Below, one piece after another: positions 19,796 to 30,257 of a DNA stretch of 64,000 bases. The notes beneath the pieces are model-generated. The model made no database searches. It had not been told where the DNA came from and saw nothing but the letters and a program-made list of their open reading frames with translations. Made by a program: the position numbers and the translations under genes. The DNA lies in NCBI GenBank assembly GCA_027078545.1, contig JALWXN010000004.1:192001-256000 (forward strand), given 5' to 3'. The stretch comes from Nitrososphaeria archaeon. Its GTDB lineage: Archaea; Thermoproteota; Nitrososphaeria; Geothermarchaeales; JDFR-13. Every line of letters starts with the position of its first letter. Position 1 is the stretch's first letter.

Positions 19796-20397
19796 CGGTT
19801 CAGGCTCCTGGTGACCATGGCCTCAAGGGTCTTGGGTACTTCATGTAGGTCTCTAACCCTGTACTCGTCGGCCTCTGTGGAGACTGTTAGTACCCCTCTC
19901 TTGTCGAATGTCTGCGCCATCCTCAGGTATTCACACCAGTCGCCGGTGAAGTCTAGTATGGGGTCTATATTGATCTCTATGGTGAATCTATGCCTAGAGA
20001 GTTCTATGGCTTCTCTAGTCGAGATCTTGTCCTGCATATTGATGGTGGTTACGCCTAGTTTGTAGAGGATGTTTACATCCATCTTCTCCAGCGTCTTGGA
20101 GCTGGCTATGTAGACCCCTATGTATCCCCTCCTCTTCAGTTCGCGCATGATGTCGCTGTATCTCTCCAGCTCCTTCCTCCTCCTAGCCTCTGTGGCGTCG
20201 AGTCTGATCATCGGTCCTCTCCGCCTCTCCCCGATGTTTTCTATGGTTATGAAGGGCTCCCCCATGGTCAGCTCTAGCTGGTCAACCTCTTCCAGGCTCT
20301 TGATCTGGATGAATATGTATCTAAAGCCCATTCCGTATATCCTCCTAAGTGTCCATGGCTGGATTATCCTTGATGGTAGGTATGAGTAGAACTGCAT
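19774..20397 (-). CDS. rnp3: RNase P protein Rpp30, divergent
   Basis: MGF, IEIN and VSTEA...VR PHP-like motifs; position between DUF54 and Pop5. Confidence 0.55.
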   Translation of the reverse strand: MQFYSYLPSRIIQPWTLRRIYGMGFRYIFIQIKSLEEVDQLELTMGEPFITIENIGERRRGPMIRLDATEARRRKELERYSDIMRELKRRGYIGVYIASSKTLEKMDVNILYKLGVTTINMQDKISTREAIELSRHRFTIEINIDPILDFTGDWCEYLRMAQTFDKRGVLTVSTEADEYRVRDLHEVPKTLEAMVTRSLNRWWRALW

Positions 20398-20398
20398 T

Positions 20399-20812
20399 TC
20401 AGGGTCTTCCCATCAAACTATCTATCATCTTCCTCAGCCTATCCGCCTTGACGCCGGATACTACGACCTGTACCGGGTCTACATCGCCTAGCTGGATATT
20501 GCCCCCTCTACATATGCTGGACTTGTCGATCCTTATGTAGAGCCTATTCCCATGGTAATGCTCATCGAGGTATTCATATAGATAGGCTACATCGCTTCTA
20601 GACATGGATCTCAGTATCTTTTCCAGGGTCTCCATCACTCTCTCCCTGCCCCTCAGGACTATCCTGTAGTATGTTATCGGGTTTTTGTGGTGGCCTGTGA
20701 GGTCGGTCCGCCTAATATCTGTCACGTCGTAATTGACGATCCGTTTTAGGGAGTTGAGGATTTTGTCGGGGTTGTCGGTTGCATGTACAATAATGTTTAG
20801 CTCTATCCTCAT
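20399..20812 (-). CDS. DUF54-family exosome-associated RNA-binding protein
   Basis: IVHATDNPDKI, GHHKNPI and LYIRIDK. Confidence 0.88.
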   Translation of the reverse strand: MRIELNIIVHATDNPDKILNSLKRIVNYDVTDIRRTDLTGHHKNPITYYRIVLRGRERVMETLEKILRSMSRSDVAYLYEYLDEHYHGNRLYIRIDKSSICRGGNIQLGDVDPVQVVVSGVKADRLRKMIDSLMGRP

Positions 20813-20874
20813 GCCCCCTCAATTTAGAAGTTATCGAGATGCCTTGATATTTAGTGGGTGGAGGTGGGGGATAG

Positions 20875-21867
20875 ATGATTGTGATGGGTATAGAGTCTAC
20901 GGCCCACACCTTTGGAGTGGGTATTATCGATGGGGAGGGTAATATCCTGGCTGATGTGAGGTCTAGATACACGCCTCCTAGGGGGATGGGTATCGAGCCC
21001 TTCAACGCTGCGGAGCACCACTCTAAGGAGGCTGTTAATGTGTTTAGGAAGGCCCTCTCTGAGGCTGGGATTGGAGTTGAGGATATAGATGTCATCGCTT
21101 TTAGTAGGGGACCGGGTCTGGGGCCTTGTCTAAGGGTAGGCGCTTCTCTTGCGAGGTATCTAGCCCTGAGACATGGTAAGCCTCTCTATCCAGTCCATCA
21201 TGGGGTCGGTCATCTCGAGCTTGTTACGCATTACTACTCCCTTAGGAATCCTCTCCACCTGCTGGTGTCGGGGGGCCATACCTCCATCCTAGTCCTGAAC
21301 GAGTGTAGGTATAGGGTGTTTGGGGAGACGCTGGACATAACGATTGGAAACCTGCTAGACGTTTTGGCTAGGGAGGCGGGCCTAGACTTTCCCGGTGGGC
21401 CGGTGATAGAGTCGTTGGCGGAGGGGGGTGGGGAGCTTCTCGACCTCCCCTATACGATTATAGGTACTAGTTTCCAGTTCTCGGGGATCCTCACGAAGGC
21501 TATACAGCTTCTCAGGAGCCATAGGATAGAGGATGTGGCCTATTCTGTCCAGGAGGTGGCGTTCTCAATAATTGTCGAGGCTGTTGAGAGGGCGTTGAGG
21601 GCTGTCCCGTTCGACGTCGACGGCATAGCGATCTCCGGTGGGGTCGCCTCTAACGACACCCTATACAAGAAGTTGGGTGTAATGGCTGAGAGGTATGGAC
21701 TCAAGGTTTATAGGCTGCCTAAGAGGCTGAACGGGGATAACGGTGTACAGATCGCTGTTGTAGGCCTCAGGATGGCATTGGCGGGGGTGGAGCCGCCTGA
21801 CCTCTCATCCACCGGTGTGGTGCAGAGGTGGAGGATTGACGAGGTAGATATACCGTGGGCCTGCTAG
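20875..21867 (+). CDS. kae1: KEOPS t6A synthase Kae1
   Basis: GIESTAHTFGVGI, GPGLGPCL, HHGVGH, VSGGHT and DNG. Confidence 0.97.
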   Translation: MIVMGIESTAHTFGVGIIDGEGNILADVRSRYTPPRGMGIEPFNAAEHHSKEAVNVFRKALSEAGIGVEDIDVIAFSRGPGLGPCLRVGASLARYLALRHGKPLYPVHHGVGHLELVTHYYSLRNPLHLLVSGGHTSILVLNECRYRVFGETLDITIGNLLDVLAREAGLDFPGGPVIESLAEGGGELLDLPYTIIGTSFQFSGILTKAIQLLRSHRIEDVAYSVQEVAFSIIVEAVERALRAVPFDVDGIAISGGVASNDTLYKKLGVMAERYGLKVYRLPKRLNGDNGVQIAVVGLRMALAGVEPPDLSSTGVVQRWRIDEVDIPWAC

Positions 21868-22514
21868 ACCGGCTGGTGGAGTCCTCAACCTTGATCTCTA
21901 GGAATGCAGAGGCAGATGTATATCTCGTTGACGGATTCCTGGGTAGGCCCGCAATACTTAAGATAAGGGTTCCAAAGGGGTATAGGGATGAGAGGCTTGA
22001 TAGGCGGCTTAGACAGCTCCGTAGCTATAGGGAGGCTGTGATACTCCATAGGCTTAGGGATAGGGGTCTCCCGGTGCCGATGCTCTACTTCGCCTCGCTT
22101 AGGGAGGGCGTCTTGATAATGGAGTATATAGAGGGTATAGCCCTGGCCCAGGCATTATCCAGCCTCGAGGTAGATGAGGCGGTGAGATACTTCTCCATAC
22201 TTGGTGGTGTGGCTAGGGAGATGCATGGAGCAGGTGTTATACATGGGGATCTAAACCTGAACAACGTCTTGGTAAGGGGTGGCGACTTATGGCTGATCGA
22301 CTTCGGCCTGTCATACTGGTCCGAGTCTCCGAAGGACATGGCGATAGATCTGGATAGTCTTAGACGGTCACTAGACTCTACAGTCCCCAGCCTGGCGGAC
22401 AAGCTATTCAGTGTGTTCTTGAATAGCTATAGGGAGGGTAATAACTACTATGATGAGGTGCTCAGGTTCTATTCACGTCTGAGGAGGATGGGGAGGTACT
22501 ATGCGGAGAGGTAG
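21855..22514 (+). CDS. bud32: KEOPS kinase Bud32
   Basis: AEA, KIRVPKGYR, HGDL..NN, IDFGL and RGRY-like end. Confidence 0.95.
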   Translation: MGLLDRLVESSTLISRNAEADVYLVDGFLGRPAILKIRVPKGYRDERLDRRLRQLRSYREAVILHRLRDRGLPVPMLYFASLREGVLIMEYIEGIALAQALSSLEVDEAVRYFSILGGVAREMHGAGVIHGDLNLNNVLVRGGDLWLIDFGLSYWSESPKDMAIDLDSLRRSLDSTVPSLADKLFSVFLNSYREGNNYYDEVLRFYSRLRRMGRYYAER

Positions 22515-23145
22515 CCAGGTTATCCGGCTGGTAACCACTAATAGGCATAAGTTCCTCGAGGCCTCCGAGATCCTTTCACGGTATGGTGTGGAGGCTGAAT
22601 GGGTTAGGTATAAGCCCCAGGAGATCCAGAGCGATTCTCTCCTAGAGGTTGTTATATGGAAGGGCTTCGACGCTAAGAAGGTTGTGCCGCCCCCCTTCGT
22701 GGTGGAGGATACCGGTCTGTTTATAGATGCGCTTGGAGGCTTCCCAGGGGTGTATAGCTCCTACGTATTATCAACACTTGGTATAAGGGGTGTCTTGAAG
22801 GCCTTGGAGGGTGTGGAGGATAGGGGTGCGAGGTTCGTCTCCTATGGCCTCCTATACCTTGGGGACAACATGTTTAAGGTCTTCAGGGCTGTGGTGGAGG
22901 GTAGGATAGCCATGTCGCCGAGGGGGGAGGGTGGGTTCGGCTACGACCCTATATTCATCCCCCTAGGGGGTGTTAAGACTTTTGGGGAGATGTCTCTCGA
23001 GGAGAAGAATAGGTATTCCCATAGGGCGGGATTATTTAATAAGATTGGGCGTTATCTAACTAGTCTGAGCATAGGGGAGACAGTTATAAGTATGTTGGTC
23101 AGGGGTGGAGACGATGGCGAGGATGCATATCAGGAGGAAGGGTAA
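22501..23145 (+). CDS. rdgB: Non-canonical purine NTP pyrophosphatase (Ham1/RdgB)
   Basis: TTNRHK, EDTGL, GFPGVYS, GFGYDPIF and SHR. Confidence 0.96.
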   Translation: MRRGSQVIRLVTTNRHKFLEASEILSRYGVEAEWVRYKPQEIQSDSLLEVVIWKGFDAKKVVPPPFVVEDTGLFIDALGGFPGVYSSYVLSTLGIRGVLKALEGVEDRGARFVSYGLLYLGDNMFKVFRAVVEGRIAMSPRGEGGFGYDPIFIPLGGVKTFGEMSLEEKNRYSHRAGLFNKIGRYLTSLSIGETVISMLVRGGDDGEDAYQEEG

Positions 23146-23563
23146 GTCCCACTCTAAGCGGCCCGTAACTATGGCTAAGCCGGACTGGGTAGAGATGTCT
23201 AGGGAGGAGATCGCCGAGCTTGTTATAAAGCTTGCCAGGGAGGGTAAGAGGCCCTCCGAGATAGGTATGATCCTTAGGGATCAGTATGGGATACCCACCT
23301 TCAAGCAGGTCATGGGTGTGAAGCTGACTAAGTTCCTGGAGATGAATGGGGTCACCTATGACCTGCCTGAGGATCTGGCTATGCTTATTGAGAAGGCTAA
23401 GAGGCTTATGAACCATCTGAAGTATCATAAGAAGGATTATAAGAATAAGCATTCGCTGGAGCTTATCGAGGCTAAGATACACCACCTGGCCAAGTATTAT
23501 AAGAGGATTGGTAAGCTCCCTAAGGACTGGAAGTATAAGACGTACGTGGCCCAGGTGGAGTGA
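23114..23563 (+). CDS. rps15: 30S ribosomal protein uS15 (S15/S13e)
   Basis: MARMH.RRKGKSHS.RP, LRDQYGIP and LPEDL. Confidence 0.97.
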   Translation: MARMHIRRKGKSHSKRPVTMAKPDWVEMSREEIAELVIKLAREGKRPSEIGMILRDQYGIPTFKQVMGVKLTKFLEMNGVTYDLPEDLAMLIEKAKRLMNHLKYHKKDYKNKHSLELIEAKIHHLAKYYKRIGKLPKDWKYKTYVAQVE

Positions 23564-24960
23564 TGGCCAGTAGTAGTCTAGCCCCGGGTATCCAGGGGCT
23601 CACCAGTGATGTTGAGAGGGTTGCGGAGCGTCTACATAGCCATGGGGGGATCATCAACATACTCACCCATTATGATGCGGATGGCCTAGTAGCGGGTGGA
23701 TTGGTAGCCAGGTTTCTATCCTCCATCGGTAGAGAATTCCTGTTGAGGACCACGGTCGACCTTACTGATGACGTCCTATCAGGCTTCCTGGGTCTAGGGG
23801 GACGTCTAAACGTCTTTGTAGACCTGGGGTCTGGGGATCTCGACAGGATTATCGATATGCGTGGGGATAGGGAGGTAGTGATTATTGACCATCACAAGCT
23901 GAGTAGGGAGCCGGATGGCGTCACGATTCTAAATCCGGAGCTACATGGATTTGACGGCGGCGCTACTGGGTGTGCATCGATCCTCTCAGGCCTCCTGGGG
24001 TATCAGCTTACTGGTGATCCATACTTCCTCGGGGTCTCGTTAGTGGGTGCCGCTGGGGATATGCAGCTGGCCAACCCTGTGGATGTTACTAAGATGGTTC
24101 TGGATAAGGCTGTCGAGATGGGTGTAGCGGAGGTTAGGAAGGATTTCATATTCTTCTCTAGCCATAGCCTCCCTCTCCATAAGGCTATTACATGGAGCTT
24201 CAACCCCTACATCCCCCACTTCACGGGTAGGGATGATGTTGGTCTGATGCTTGTGAAGAGGTCGGGTATTGATTATGACCCTAGTGAGGGGAGGACGGTT
24301 GATAGTCTAAACGACCTTGAGAGGAATAGGCTCCTCGAGGTTATAGTCCAGTATATAGCTGGCCTCGGGATTAAGGATCTCAGGCCTGGGGATCTCATCC
24401 GTAACTTTGTCGTCCTTAGGTTTGAGGAGCATCCACTACTTAGGCATGTAGATGAGTTTGCTAATCTGGTTAATACTACTGGGCGGATGGGCGAGGAGCG
24501 GCTCGGCCTGCTCCTAGCGTATGGCGTTAGGGGTGGGGTGGTGGATAGGGCTATAGAGCTGTATATGGAGCGTAGGAGGTTTATCGCGAAGTATCTCGAG
24601 ATGGCTGACAGGTCTGCGAAGATATATGACGATATGGTTGCGATCGTGGATCTCAGGGGCCATGACTTCAACCCGAGGTTTAGCGGCACGATCTCAACGA
24701 TACTGTCTAGGTCGTTGAAGTATCAGGATAAGGTCGTCATCCTCCTGGCTAGGTCGGAGAGGGGTGTTAAGCTATCTGCTAGGGCGCCTAGACACCTGGT
24801 TGAGAGGGGCTTCAACCTGGCGGAGATTATGAGGGATCTCTCCAAGAGGTTCTCCGGTATAGGTGGTGGGCATAACGTGGCTGCCGGTGCCACTCTTGAG
24901 GGCTCTACAGACACGCTTGTGAAGGAGATTGTGGAGGCTGTTAAGTCGCGTCTAGGCTAG
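23560..24960 (+). CDS. RecJ-like DHH/DHHA1 phosphoesterase
   Basis: HYDADG, DLGSG, IDHH and GGGHNVAAGA; conserved rps15-DHH-pcc1-rps3ae cluster. Confidence 0.92.
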   Translation: MMASSSLAPGIQGLTSDVERVAERLHSHGGIINILTHYDADGLVAGGLVARFLSSIGREFLLRTTVDLTDDVLSGFLGLGGRLNVFVDLGSGDLDRIIDMRGDREVVIIDHHKLSREPDGVTILNPELHGFDGGATGCASILSGLLGYQLTGDPYFLGVSLVGAAGDMQLANPVDVTKMVLDKAVEMGVAEVRKDFIFFSSHSLPLHKAITWSFNPYIPHFTGRDDVGLMLVKRSGIDYDPSEGRTVDSLNDLERNRLLEVIVQYIAGLGIKDLRPGDLIRNFVVLRFEEHPLLRHVDEFANLVNTTGRMGEERLGLLLAYGVRGGVVDRAIELYMERRRFIAKYLEMADRSAKIYDDMVAIVDLRGHDFNPRFSGTISTILSRSLKYQDKVVILLARSERGVKLSARAPRHLVERGFNLAEIMRDLSKRFSGIGGGHNVAAGATLEGSTDTLVKEIVEAVKSRLG

Positions 24961-24976
24961 TGTTGAGGGTATTGAT

Positions 24977-25201
24977 ATGAAGGTTGAGGTGCTTGTTGAG
25001 GGTTTGGTGGATGGAGGGATAATTGCTGATGCCCTGTCCCCAGATAATTCGGCGGAGGGGTTGGAGATACTGGTCAGTGGTGGGGAGGGATATCTCCACA
25101 TATCTATAGTGGGTAGGCCCAAGTCTGTGAGGGCTGCTATGAACGATATATTCCGCTCTCTACACCCCATCCTCGACGAGGAGTGTGTGGGTAGGGGGTA
25201 G
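24977..25201 (+). CDS. pcc1: KEOPS Pcc1-family protein
   Basis: ALSPDN and VRAAMNDIFR; position before rps3ae. Confidence 0.75.
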   Translation: MKVEVLVEGLVDGGIIADALSPDNSAEGLEILVSGGEGYLHISIVGRPKSVRAAMNDIFRSLHPILDEECVGRG

Positions 25202-25258
25202 GGCCTTTATTAGATATATAGGTCCATAAGTAGACTAGTTAGCAAGGGTGTGGGGAGT

Positions 25259-25849
25259 ATGCCGACTAGGTATGGTGTGAAGAGGGGTAGGAAGAAGGTA
25301 TATGTAATGGTGAAGGCCCCGGACTTTCTGGGTGGGAATGACCTATACTACGTCATTGCAAATTCTCCTGAGAACCTTATAGGTAGGAATATCGAGGTCC
25401 TCCTCTCCGATCTGACCGGTGACTTCAACCATCAGTTCATAAAGGTTAAGCTCAAGATCTATGAGGTGAAGGATTCCTATGCCTATACCAGGTATAATGG
25501 GCATGAGTACTTCAGGGAGTATGAGAGGTCTCTAATCATGAGGGGCACCAGCTATGTAAAGGCTATCAGGGATGTTGAGACGAAGGATGGTGGGCGTTTC
25601 CGTGTCAGGGCCAGCGTATTCACGACGAAGAGGATAACCAGCTCTAGGAAGAGCGCTATTAGGAAGCAGGTCTTCAAGGTGATTGATAAGTGGGCTGAGG
25701 CCTTGGACTCGAAGTCCTTTATAAGGGAGATCTTGATGGGTAAGGTGAATGACGAGATCGCCGAGGCTGCTAGGAAGGTCTATCCTATTAGGGAGGGGTC
25801 GGGGGTATTCAAGGTAAAGGTTCTCCACTGGCCTGGGACGCCTATCTAG
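25259..25849 (+). CDS. rps3ae: 30S ribosomal protein eS1 (S3Ae)
   Basis: LIGRNIEVLLSDLTGD, GHEY.R.Y.RSL..R..S and KVYPIR. Confidence 0.95.
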   Translation: MPTRYGVKRGRKKVYVMVKAPDFLGGNDLYYVIANSPENLIGRNIEVLLSDLTGDFNHQFIKVKLKIYEVKDSYAYTRYNGHEYFREYERSLIMRGTSYVKAIRDVETKDGGRFRVRASVFTTKRITSSRKSAIRKQVFKVIDKWAEALDSKSFIREILMGKVNDEIAEAARKVYPIREGSGVFKVKVLHWPGTPI

Positions 25850-25870
25850 CTTGTCTAGCTGATAGTTGGC

Positions 25871-27055
25871 TCAGTATACCTGTATAGATACTATGTCCCT
25901 GTGTCTCAGGACGTAGTCGGGGGAGACCCTCGTCGTCTTGCCATATACGTAGCCATATTTTATCCTTTCCCCCAGGTCGGAGTGTATCATATATGCCAGC
26001 TCCCTAAGCGTGGTGCCCCTGGGGACTAGATAAGTGTCTGGTAGGACTCTCCCCTCCCCATCGGTCAGTCGGTTGATATCCTTGACTGGGTAGACAGCTA
26101 TGTATCCAAGCATGTCTAGAACTACGTGGTCTACAAGGTTCTGTACACCTGTCCCTCCCCACTCCCCGAATATCTTCTCCCTTATGATGCTTAGTGCCTT
26201 CCTCTCCCTATCCGTGAGTTCTCCTGGCTTCAAGATATCGAAGCCTGGCTCTCCTGGTATGTATCTTATCTTCCCCTCTCTATCGAGCGTCTTGAGGAAG
26301 TATTCGGATACCGCGCTTATTGGGTGGATCTCTATGCCCATTGATCTCAGCCTCTCGAGGTTCTCCTTGGAGTGTGGTAGGTCTATCTTGTTCCCAGCTA
26401 TGGCCATTGGCTTCGCTTCGGAGAGGAGTCTCTCTATGAAGGTGTCCATGTTCTCTACTAGTCTGGATAGGTCTTTCAGGCCTAGTGTCTCTATGATGTT
26501 GTCTATAGCCTCCTTCCTAACCGCTAGGCCCGATAAGACCCTGTGTAGCGCCTCTCCAAGCTCGGTCTTGCTATGCTTAACGTCCCTCTCTATAGTCTCA
26601 TAGTTCTTCTCCAGTATCCCCCTTACCCACATCCTCAGCTCTCGCTGTATAAACTTGATGTCGTCTAGGGGGTCATACTCGCCTGGCTTTCCAACGTTCC
26701 CCTCCATGTCTGTAGCGCCTGAGAGGTCTATGACGTGGATCCAAGCATCGGCCTCCATGATCTTGGATAGGAACTGGTTGCCCAGTCCCCTGCCTCTCCA
26801 TGCGTCGGGGACTAGGCCGGCTGTATCGACTATCTTGATCGGTATGAATCTCCAGCCCTCCCTACATACCGAGTTTACGGGTGTGTCTCTAACCCCGATC
26901 TCGCTACATACACATCTTATCTTTACGTATGCTATTCCCTCGGCCCCCTCTATCGTGGTGAAGGGGTAGTTGCCCGTCTTCTCGGATCCTAGTGTCAGGG
27001 CGTTGAACAGGGTCGTCTTTCCCACGTTGGGTTTTCCGACTATGCCCAGCTTCAT
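25871..27055 (-). CDS. ychF: YchF/OLA1-family ATPase/GTPase
   Basis: GKPNVGKTT, YPFTTI, DTAGLV..A..GRGLGNQFL and TGS domain. Confidence 0.95.
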   Translation of the reverse strand: MKLGIVGKPNVGKTTLFNALTLGSEKTGNYPFTTIEGAEGIAYVKIRCVCSEIGVRDTPVNSVCREGWRFIPIKIVDTAGLVPDAWRGRGLGNQFLSKIMEADAWIHVIDLSGATDMEGNVGKPGEYDPLDDIKFIQRELRMWVRGILEKNYETIERDVKHSKTELGEALHRVLSGLAVRKEAIDNIIETLGLKDLSRLVENMDTFIERLLSEAKPMAIAGNKIDLPHSKENLERLRSMGIEIHPISAVSEYFLKTLDREGKIRYIPGEPGFDILKPGELTDRERKALSIIREKIFGEWGGTGVQNLVDHVVLDMLGYIAVYPVKDINRLTDGEGRVLPDTYLVPRGTTLRELAYMIHSDLGERIKYGYVYGKTTRVSPDYVLRHRDIVSIQVY

Positions 27056-27142
27056 GGAGCTAACTGTTTTTATCATCGGGGGGTTGAATATTTAAGTACT
27101 TGTATGTTGATATGGAGAGTCTGAACCGGTGGTGTTGGAGAT

Positions 27143-27577
27143 ATGTATAAATATATAAATGAGACTTGGAGGCGGCTCTGGTCGGATCCCAAGTATAACC
27201 GTTATCTAACCCAGATGCGTATGAAGTGGCGTAGGGAGCCTGCTATTGTTAGGGTTGAGAGGCCCACTAGGCTTGATAGGGCCCGTGCCCTTGGCTATAG
27301 GGCTAAGCAGGGATATGTGGTTGTCCGTGTAAGGGTTTCTAAGGGTGGGCTCCGTAAGATACCTCCTAAGCTGGGTAGGAGGCAGAAGAGGATGGGTATC
27401 TCCAAGATTAAGCGTCAGCTATCTCTCCAGACCATTGCTGAGCAGAGGGCTAAGAGGAAGTTTAGGAACCTGACTGTGCTTGGGTCCTACTATGTTGGTG
27501 AGGATGGTAAGTATAAATGGTTTGAAGTAGTTATGAGGGATGAGAATCACCCTGCTGTAAAGTCGGTGAGGAGCTAG
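27143..27577 (+). CDS. rpl15e: 50S ribosomal protein eL15
   Basis: [18 protein letters not shown] and [11 protein letters not shown]. Confidence 0.97.
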   Translation: MYKYINETWRRLWSDPKYNRYLTQMRMKWRREPAIVRVERPTRLDRARALGYRAKQGYVVVRVRVSKGGLRKIPPKLGRRQKRMGISKIKRQLSLQTIAEQRAKRKFRNLTVLGSYYVGEDGKYKWFEVVMRDENHPAVKSVRS

Positions 27578-28536
27578 AACCCCTGCTGTCTAGGCTTCAG
27601 CGGCTTGAATAGCTCTCTTAGGAGGACCGTTGCATATTCTCCCCGGCCGAGGGTAAACTCAAGAATTGCTTCACCACTCTCCCTGGATAGGCTTATCTCA
27701 TCTAATATACGTATATAGGTGTTACGCACCCCTCCGTAGAAGTCGTATCCAGCGTGTCTCAGCATGAAGAAGCGCTTCTTTAGTCTGAGGGCCTTCTCCC
27801 TATCCATCCCCAGTAGGTCTTCCAGCTGTGGGGAGGGTGTGGCGTATCCCACTAGTGGGAGTGTCTGTGGTGGGTTGGCGCCCCTCTTCACGAGGTTGTT
27901 GATGGAGAGGTTGAATAGGTATGCCTGTAGGGCCTCATATTTTACTCTCTCGAGTCTCGGCGGTGGATCCTTCTTTATGGCCTTGTATCCATGTATATGG
28001 TTGTTCCTCGAGTGGCCGAACCTCTGGTAGCCATAGTAGTTGAGAATCCTCGTCTCTCCCCTGTTTATCAGCCTTATAGTCTCGAGGACATCGTCTAGGT
28101 CTTCCCCCGGCGGTATGAGAACCCTTATCCTGAATCTGTTTCCTATGTGGATATCTTCTGGCTTGTATGTCTCGTCGATCCTCCCTACTAGGGTGTATCC
28201 CTCCCTATATATCCTGGTCCTAGAGACTATGTGTATCCATGCATCTGAGTATTTATCCTTCCTCCCTATCAGCCTGGCGCCATACTTCTTGATACTCTCC
28301 TCCACATCTCTGCTGGAGACTCCCCATGGCTTGAATATTCTGTAGAGGTACCACCCCCTATCGCCGAGCATGTCTCTACGTATTATCTCCTCTACCTGGA
28401 AGCTGCCCACTCCGTGTTTTATCCTACATTCTATGTGCCTGCCTCTAGTGGTGTAGTAGCATAGGCCTATGGCTACATCCTCATTTACATGGCTGCGACG
28501 GTACTCCATAGTCACCAGTCTCTCGGCTCTATACAC
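27574..28536 (-). CDS. truD: tRNA pseudouridine synthase TruD family, compact
   Basis: [26 protein letters not shown] and [11 protein letters not shown]. Confidence 0.88.
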   Translation of the reverse strand: MYRAERLVTMEYRRSHVNEDVAIGLCYYTTRGRHIECRIKHGVGSFQVEEIIRRDMLGDRGWYLYRIFKPWGVSSRDVEESIKKYGARLIGRKDKYSDAWIHIVSRTRIYREGYTLVGRIDETYKPEDIHIGNRFRIRVLIPPGEDLDDVLETIRLINRGETRILNYYGYQRFGHSRNNHIHGYKAIKKDPPPRLERVKYEALQAYLFNLSINNLVKRGANPPQTLPLVGYATPSPQLEDLLGMDREKALRLKKRFFMLRHAGYDFYGGVRNTYIRILDEISLSRESGEAILEFTLGRGEYATVLLRELFKPLKPRQQGF

Positions 28537-28537
28537 C

Positions 28538-28906
28538 CTATAGGAGTTTCAAGTCGCCCGTGATCCTGTCGATCAGCTCCTCCTTGTCTGGGCCTATGCC
28601 TACACATGTGACGGTCCCTGGCTGTAGCTGTGTGAGGCCTGCATCCCTGACTATCGATACTATTAATCCGTGTTCGGATGCCTTCTCCGCCTTCTCGAGA
28701 AGCTCTGATACGCTCTTCACCTTAAGAACGACCTTCTTCTGGCCTTCCTGGAGCCATGCCAATGCCTTCTCAGGCCTAGACCTAAGGGTTTTGTAGAAGG
28801 AGTCTACCGCTGCGTGTGCCACCTGCGCGGCGAGCTTCCCCCTACCCATCTCTAGGTCTGTCCTCACTATGATGGCCTGTTTATACATCTCCCAATCCCT
28901 ATACAT
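28538..28906 (-). CDS. pth2: Peptidyl-tRNA hydrolase Pth2
   Basis: KQAIIVRTDLEMGRGKLAAQVAHA and DAGLTQ. Confidence 0.97.
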   Translation of the reverse strand: MYRDWEMYKQAIIVRTDLEMGRGKLAAQVAHAAVDSFYKTLRSRPEKALAWLQEGQKKVVLKVKSVSELLEKAEKASEHGLIVSIVRDAGLTQLQPGTVTCVGIGPDKEELIDRITGDLKLL

Positions 28907-28952
28907 CACCTGTCGGGGGATAATATTAGGCCTGTGGGGATGTGTATTGGTG

Positions 28953-30026
28953 ATGAGTGATGACTCCATACCCATCCTAGGCGCCGGCCCGGCAGGGCTC
29001 CTAGCAGGTATAGAGCTGGCTAGGAGGGGGTATCGGACAGTTATATATGACCCTAAGAGGGTTATCGGCCGTCCCCAGCACTGCACCGGTGTCGTCAGCC
29101 CCTCCTTCATAAACTTCACTGGTCTGCCTGGGGAGCTGATCCTTTCCAGGTTTAGGGGGGTGGTTCTGGAGGTTGCTGGTGAGGTTTTCCACGCCTCTAC
29201 GACTACGCCTAAGGCATATGCTATTGACAGGGTGGGCTATGAGGAGTGGCTCTATAGGGTCTATGTGGATCAGGGTGGAGAGGCTAGGCTGGGTACGGGC
29301 GCCGCGCCCCAGGGTATCCATATAGACGCTACTGGTGCCGCCACCTATATCCGGGATGGGGTGGGGGAGACTCTCCCTGCTTTGCAGCTGATCGTGAGGG
29401 CCTCATCCCCACTAGAGGATGGCCATGTATTGATATGGTGGGATAGGGAGGTTAATCCATACTTCTTCTCATGGATAGTCCCCCTCTCCCATGATAGGTT
29501 TAAGGTGGGTACCGCTGGGAGGACTGGGCTATGGAGGGTTTTGACTAGACTCATGGATGGTAGGCTGGGTAGCTACGAGGTTCTCAGGAGGATGTATGGC
29601 TTCGTCGTCCTAGGTGGTCCTAGGGAGCGGTTCAGGAGTGGTGATAAGATATATATAGGCGACTCGGCTGGCCAGGTTAAGCCCTCTACTGGCGGCGGCT
29701 TGATGTACCATGCCCTGGCCGCTAAGATGCTGGCGGAGAGGATTGGTGGGGCTATGGAGTATTCAGACCTCTTCTACTCCATGCTTGGTAGGGAGATCAC
29801 ACTACAGAAGATCCTCAGGAAGATGTTTCTCCTCATGTCTAACGAGGAGACTAGGCAGATCTTCACAGTCCTCTCCCGGAAGGAGGTTCTAAACATGGCG
29901 TTGATGTATGGGGATATGGATTTCCACGCCTCTATACTGGTTAAGATGGTTATGGATATGGATCTTATGAGGCTTCTAGGGAGGCTTGGTATACGGGTCT
30001 TTGCAGAGCTGTTTAGAGGCTTATAA
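28953..30026 (+). CDS. Geranylgeranyl reductase-family FAD oxidoreductase
   Basis: GAGPAG, CTG, FFSWIVP and GDSAGQVKPSTGGG. Confidence 0.85.
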   Translation: MSDDSIPILGAGPAGLLAGIELARRGYRTVIYDPKRVIGRPQHCTGVVSPSFINFTGLPGELILSRFRGVVLEVAGEVFHASTTTPKAYAIDRVGYEEWLYRVYVDQGGEARLGTGAAPQGIHIDATGAATYIRDGVGETLPALQLIVRASSPLEDGHVLIWWDREVNPYFFSWIVPLSHDRFKVGTAGRTGLWRVLTRLMDGRLGSYEVLRRMYGFVVLGGPRERFRSGDKIYIGDSAGQVKPSTGGGLMYHALAAKMLAERIGGAMEYSDLFYSMLGREITLQKILRKMFLLMSNEETRQIFTVLSRKEVLNMALMYGDMDFHASILVKMVMDMDLMRLLGRLGIRVFAELFRGL

Positions 30027-30061
30027 AGACTTTTATAGTGGCTATGTATTATGGTGTGGAT

Positions 30062-30247
30062 ATGAGCTTCGAGATAGAGTATGAGCCGCAGAAATGTATA
30101 TCGTGTAACAAGAACATACTCTACTTCGAGTCATCCGTATACTTCCCATGCCCCTCCTGTGGAGAGGTAATTATATGGAGATGTGAGAAGTGTAGGAGGT
30201 TCGCCAGGGAGTATACATGCCCCAACTGTGGCTTCAAGGGTCCATAG
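30062..30247 (+). CDS. Zn-ribbon protein (HVO_2753/DUF1610 family)
   Basis: CISC, FPCPSCGE, RCEKCR and YTCPNCGFKGP; precedes EF-1beta. Confidence 0.92.
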   Translation: MSFEIEYEPQKCISCNKNILYFESSVYFPCPSCGEVIIWRCEKCRRFAREYTCPNCGFKGP

Positions 30248-30257
30248 GTGTATAGGC

